From Candidatus Avispirillum sp. (lineage in GTDB: Bacteria; Bacillota; Clostridia; Oscillospirales; CAG-272), in the NCBI GenBank assembly GCA_045650355.1, contig JAZRRC010000172.1:1-38280 (forward strand): DNA of 38,280 nucleotides, in the 5' to 3' direction. Position 1 is the first letter of the stretch, and the number at the start of each line of letters is the position of its first letter. Position numbers and translations under genes: made by a program. Shown piece after piece: positions 36,485 through 38,280 of this stretch. The notes under the pieces were generated by a model, which was not told the origin of the DNA, did not search any database, and saw nothing but the letters and a program-made list of their open reading frames with translations.

Positions 36485-37177
36485 TTATTTTCCTTCATTC
36501 CAGCGCTTAGCAAGGGAGTGGTCCGAGACCTTTAATTCTTCAAGACCTGCATTCAACCAATAGCTCCACTGAAACTTTTTCTTCGTAAATCCACTCATAC
36601 GCAAATCAATATACGAAGTGTAAAAATAATACTCATCTGACGTTATATAAACGTAATCGCACAATTTATCGTCTTTCAATTTGCTTATAAAAAACTCTGA
36701 GGCAGAACCCTCTTCATCTCTGAAGAATCCCAAAAGGAAATATTCATCCGTCGCCTCGCAATATTCGATTGCACAAAGCATCAACTTCTCATCATCGCCC
36801 AATATACGTCGCTTCAAGGAAAAATTCTCGGTATCGTAGATAGACAGTGCCGTTCTGCAATCGTGAACGTGACGCTCTATACTGTAAAGCTCTGCTCCGT
36901 CGGGAGAAAAGCAGAAGTTATCACCCTGAGAGTCTACCTTTGAATATCTGAACTTTTTAATCAACGCAGGCGGTTCAAAGGAATATACCGCCATCCTGCC
37001 CTCCGTAGTTTTAACTACAAAAATATCACCTCGAGGGGAAATTACGGCATCATAGGCATAAGGGAGGTCCTTGAATCTTGCAAGCTCGTTTCCGCTTTTG
37101 TCGTAAACGTACACGGTCTGACCCGTGCATCCGATATTATATTTCTCGTTACCTATAAAGCTCCAGAAGCTTGGCAT
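36485..37177 (-). CDS. Hypothetical protein with WD40-like beta-propeller fragments
   Basis: ISPRGD and FSPDG motifs, AAGGAGG RBS. Confidence 0.7.
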   Translation of the reverse strand: MPSFWSFIGNEKYNIGCTGQTVYVYDKSGNELARFKDLPYAYDAVISPRGDIFVVKTTEGRMAVYSFEPPALIKKFRYSKVDSQGDNFCFSPDGAELYSIERHVHDCRTALSIYDTENFSLKRRILGDDEKLMLCAIEYCEATDEYFLLGFFRDEEGSASEFFISKLKDDKLCDYVYITSDEYYFYTSYIDLRMSGFTKKKFQWSYWLNAGLEELKVSDHSLAKRWNEGK

Positions 37178-37381
37178 AGTATAACCCTCCTTAAAATTAC
37201 TTATTTATCCGTGATACAGATCAAACATATTTTGAAAAAACTTCTACATATCGGGAACCGAACGTGACAGATGTGATCTTCGAAAACGGTATTTCAAGAA
37301 GGTCCTCCTGCCACAAAACTGTACGTACCGCAGCGCCTTTTTCTCATTATAGCATAATATCGGTAGCGGGACAAGGGACAC

Positions 37382-37508
37382 AAATGAAATCGTGCTGACG
37401 CAGATAAAATCAAATCCGTCCCCCACCAGACGAAGTCGGATTTCATCACGCAATTGATTTCATCCATTGAAGATGGATTTATCCCGTCCGCAAGAACGGA
37501 TTTAGTTG
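37382..37508. repeat. Intergenic GATTT-motif repeat/hairpin element
   Basis: Repeated GGATTT/GATTTCATC and inverse GAAATC/AAATCC units flanking small hairpins. Confidence 0.55.
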
Positions 37509-37514
37509 AAAAAG

Positions 37515-37544
37515 AAAAAGTCACACTTCCGTGTGACTTTTTTT
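37515..37544. terminator. Terminator
   Basis: AAAAAGTCACAC-ttcc-GTGTGACTTTTT. Confidence 0.75.
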
Positions 37545-37597
37545 CTGTCTCTCGTGTCCGAAAAAGAACTGGTCAAAAAACGAGGATTTAATCACTA

Positions 37598-38152
37598 TTA
37601 TTCCAAAGAAAAATGATATTCAATAAATTCGTTCATTTTCTTAATTTCATTTGTGTTTGTTTCACAAATATAATCAAGGTCTGGGGCATATATCCATAAA
37701 TATGCAATTTCAAACTTTTCATCTGAAATGCCAACCAGTCCAAAGTTTTTAGGATAAACTGTATCTTCAAATTTTGCTACCTTGAAATCAAATCCTGCAG
37801 CGGAAAACGCCTCAATAGGAATTGTATAAACGGTATCATCCCAATCAGGTTTTTGCGGTTCACCAAGATATGTGTATGCAGTTTCAAGGCGCTCCTTTTC
37901 TTTTGAAAAATTTTCTTCATCATAGCTTACAATCAACCGCATTGAATATTCTGGGAAAATGCTTTCATCTTTTCTAGAAAAATAACTTATTTCTGTATAT
38001 TTGCCAATATTCTCTAAATTAGGCATAAATAAACTTGCGCAATAATTTTCTATGTCGGCCGCATAATTTTCAATATTACTATCAGTTTTAACACAAGAAG
38101 AAAGTGTTATCATTATAATCAGAATAAGCATTATGGCTAAGAATTTTTTCAT
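37598..38152 (-). CDS. Putative lipoprotein
   Basis: MKKFLAIMLILIIMITLSSC lipobox, ATG 38152. Confidence 0.78.
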   Translation of the reverse strand: MKKFLAIMLILIIMITLSSCVKTDSNIENYAADIENYCASLFMPNLENIGKYTEISYFSRKDESIFPEYSMRLIVSYDEENFSKEKERLETAYTYLGEPQKPDWDDTVYTIPIEAFSAAGFDFKVAKFEDTVYPKNFGLVGISDEKFEIAYLWIYAPDLDYICETNTNEIKKMNEFIEYHFSLE

Positions 38153-38206
38153 ATAATCACCACCCTGAGTGTATTGTATCACAAAAGCGGCAGAGGGGCA
38201 AGATGT

Positions 38207-38280
38207 TAGTGATATTTTTGCTAATGCAAAAGTGATATTATATTCGCCCCTTAAACTCGCGAAGCGAATACCACTCGGCG
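38207..38280. repeat. AGTGATATT-motif repeat element (truncated by the window edge)
   Basis: AGTGATATT twice around a TTTTGC/GCAAAA hairpin, and inverse-like AATACCACT near the edge. Confidence 0.45.

Overview
Chromosomal segment from a Bacillota (Clostridia-like) bacterium, judged from gene content, AGGAG-type RBSs and sigmaA-type promoters. Housekeeping and metabolic genes: fucI (cut by the left edge), acyl-ACP thioesterase, a cell-wall polymer cluster (Wzy/O-antigen-ligase-like, two DUF4330-like, TagO/WecA, LCP), glycyl-tRNA ligase, aldose epimerase, rsmA, ZIP transporter, D-2-hydroxyacid dehydrogenase, nucleoside hydrolase, uvrB, DUF1292, a probable 6S RNA, YugP-like peptidase and a DUF2961 glycosidase. 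The standout is a self-contained five-gene operon (about 13.9-21.4 kb) with its own promoter and terminator: TIR-domain protein, 721-aa unknown, KGGxGR-variant ParA/MinD ATPase, 777-aa unknown, and a tandem-duplicated S-adenosylmethionine-decarboxylase-like protein. It converges on a membrane RCK/RyR-domain gene and is a candidate undescribed defence or signalling system. Several intergenic palindromic repeat elements are present, one pair showing compensatory base changes. All calls are from motif recognition by eye; no database searches were run.
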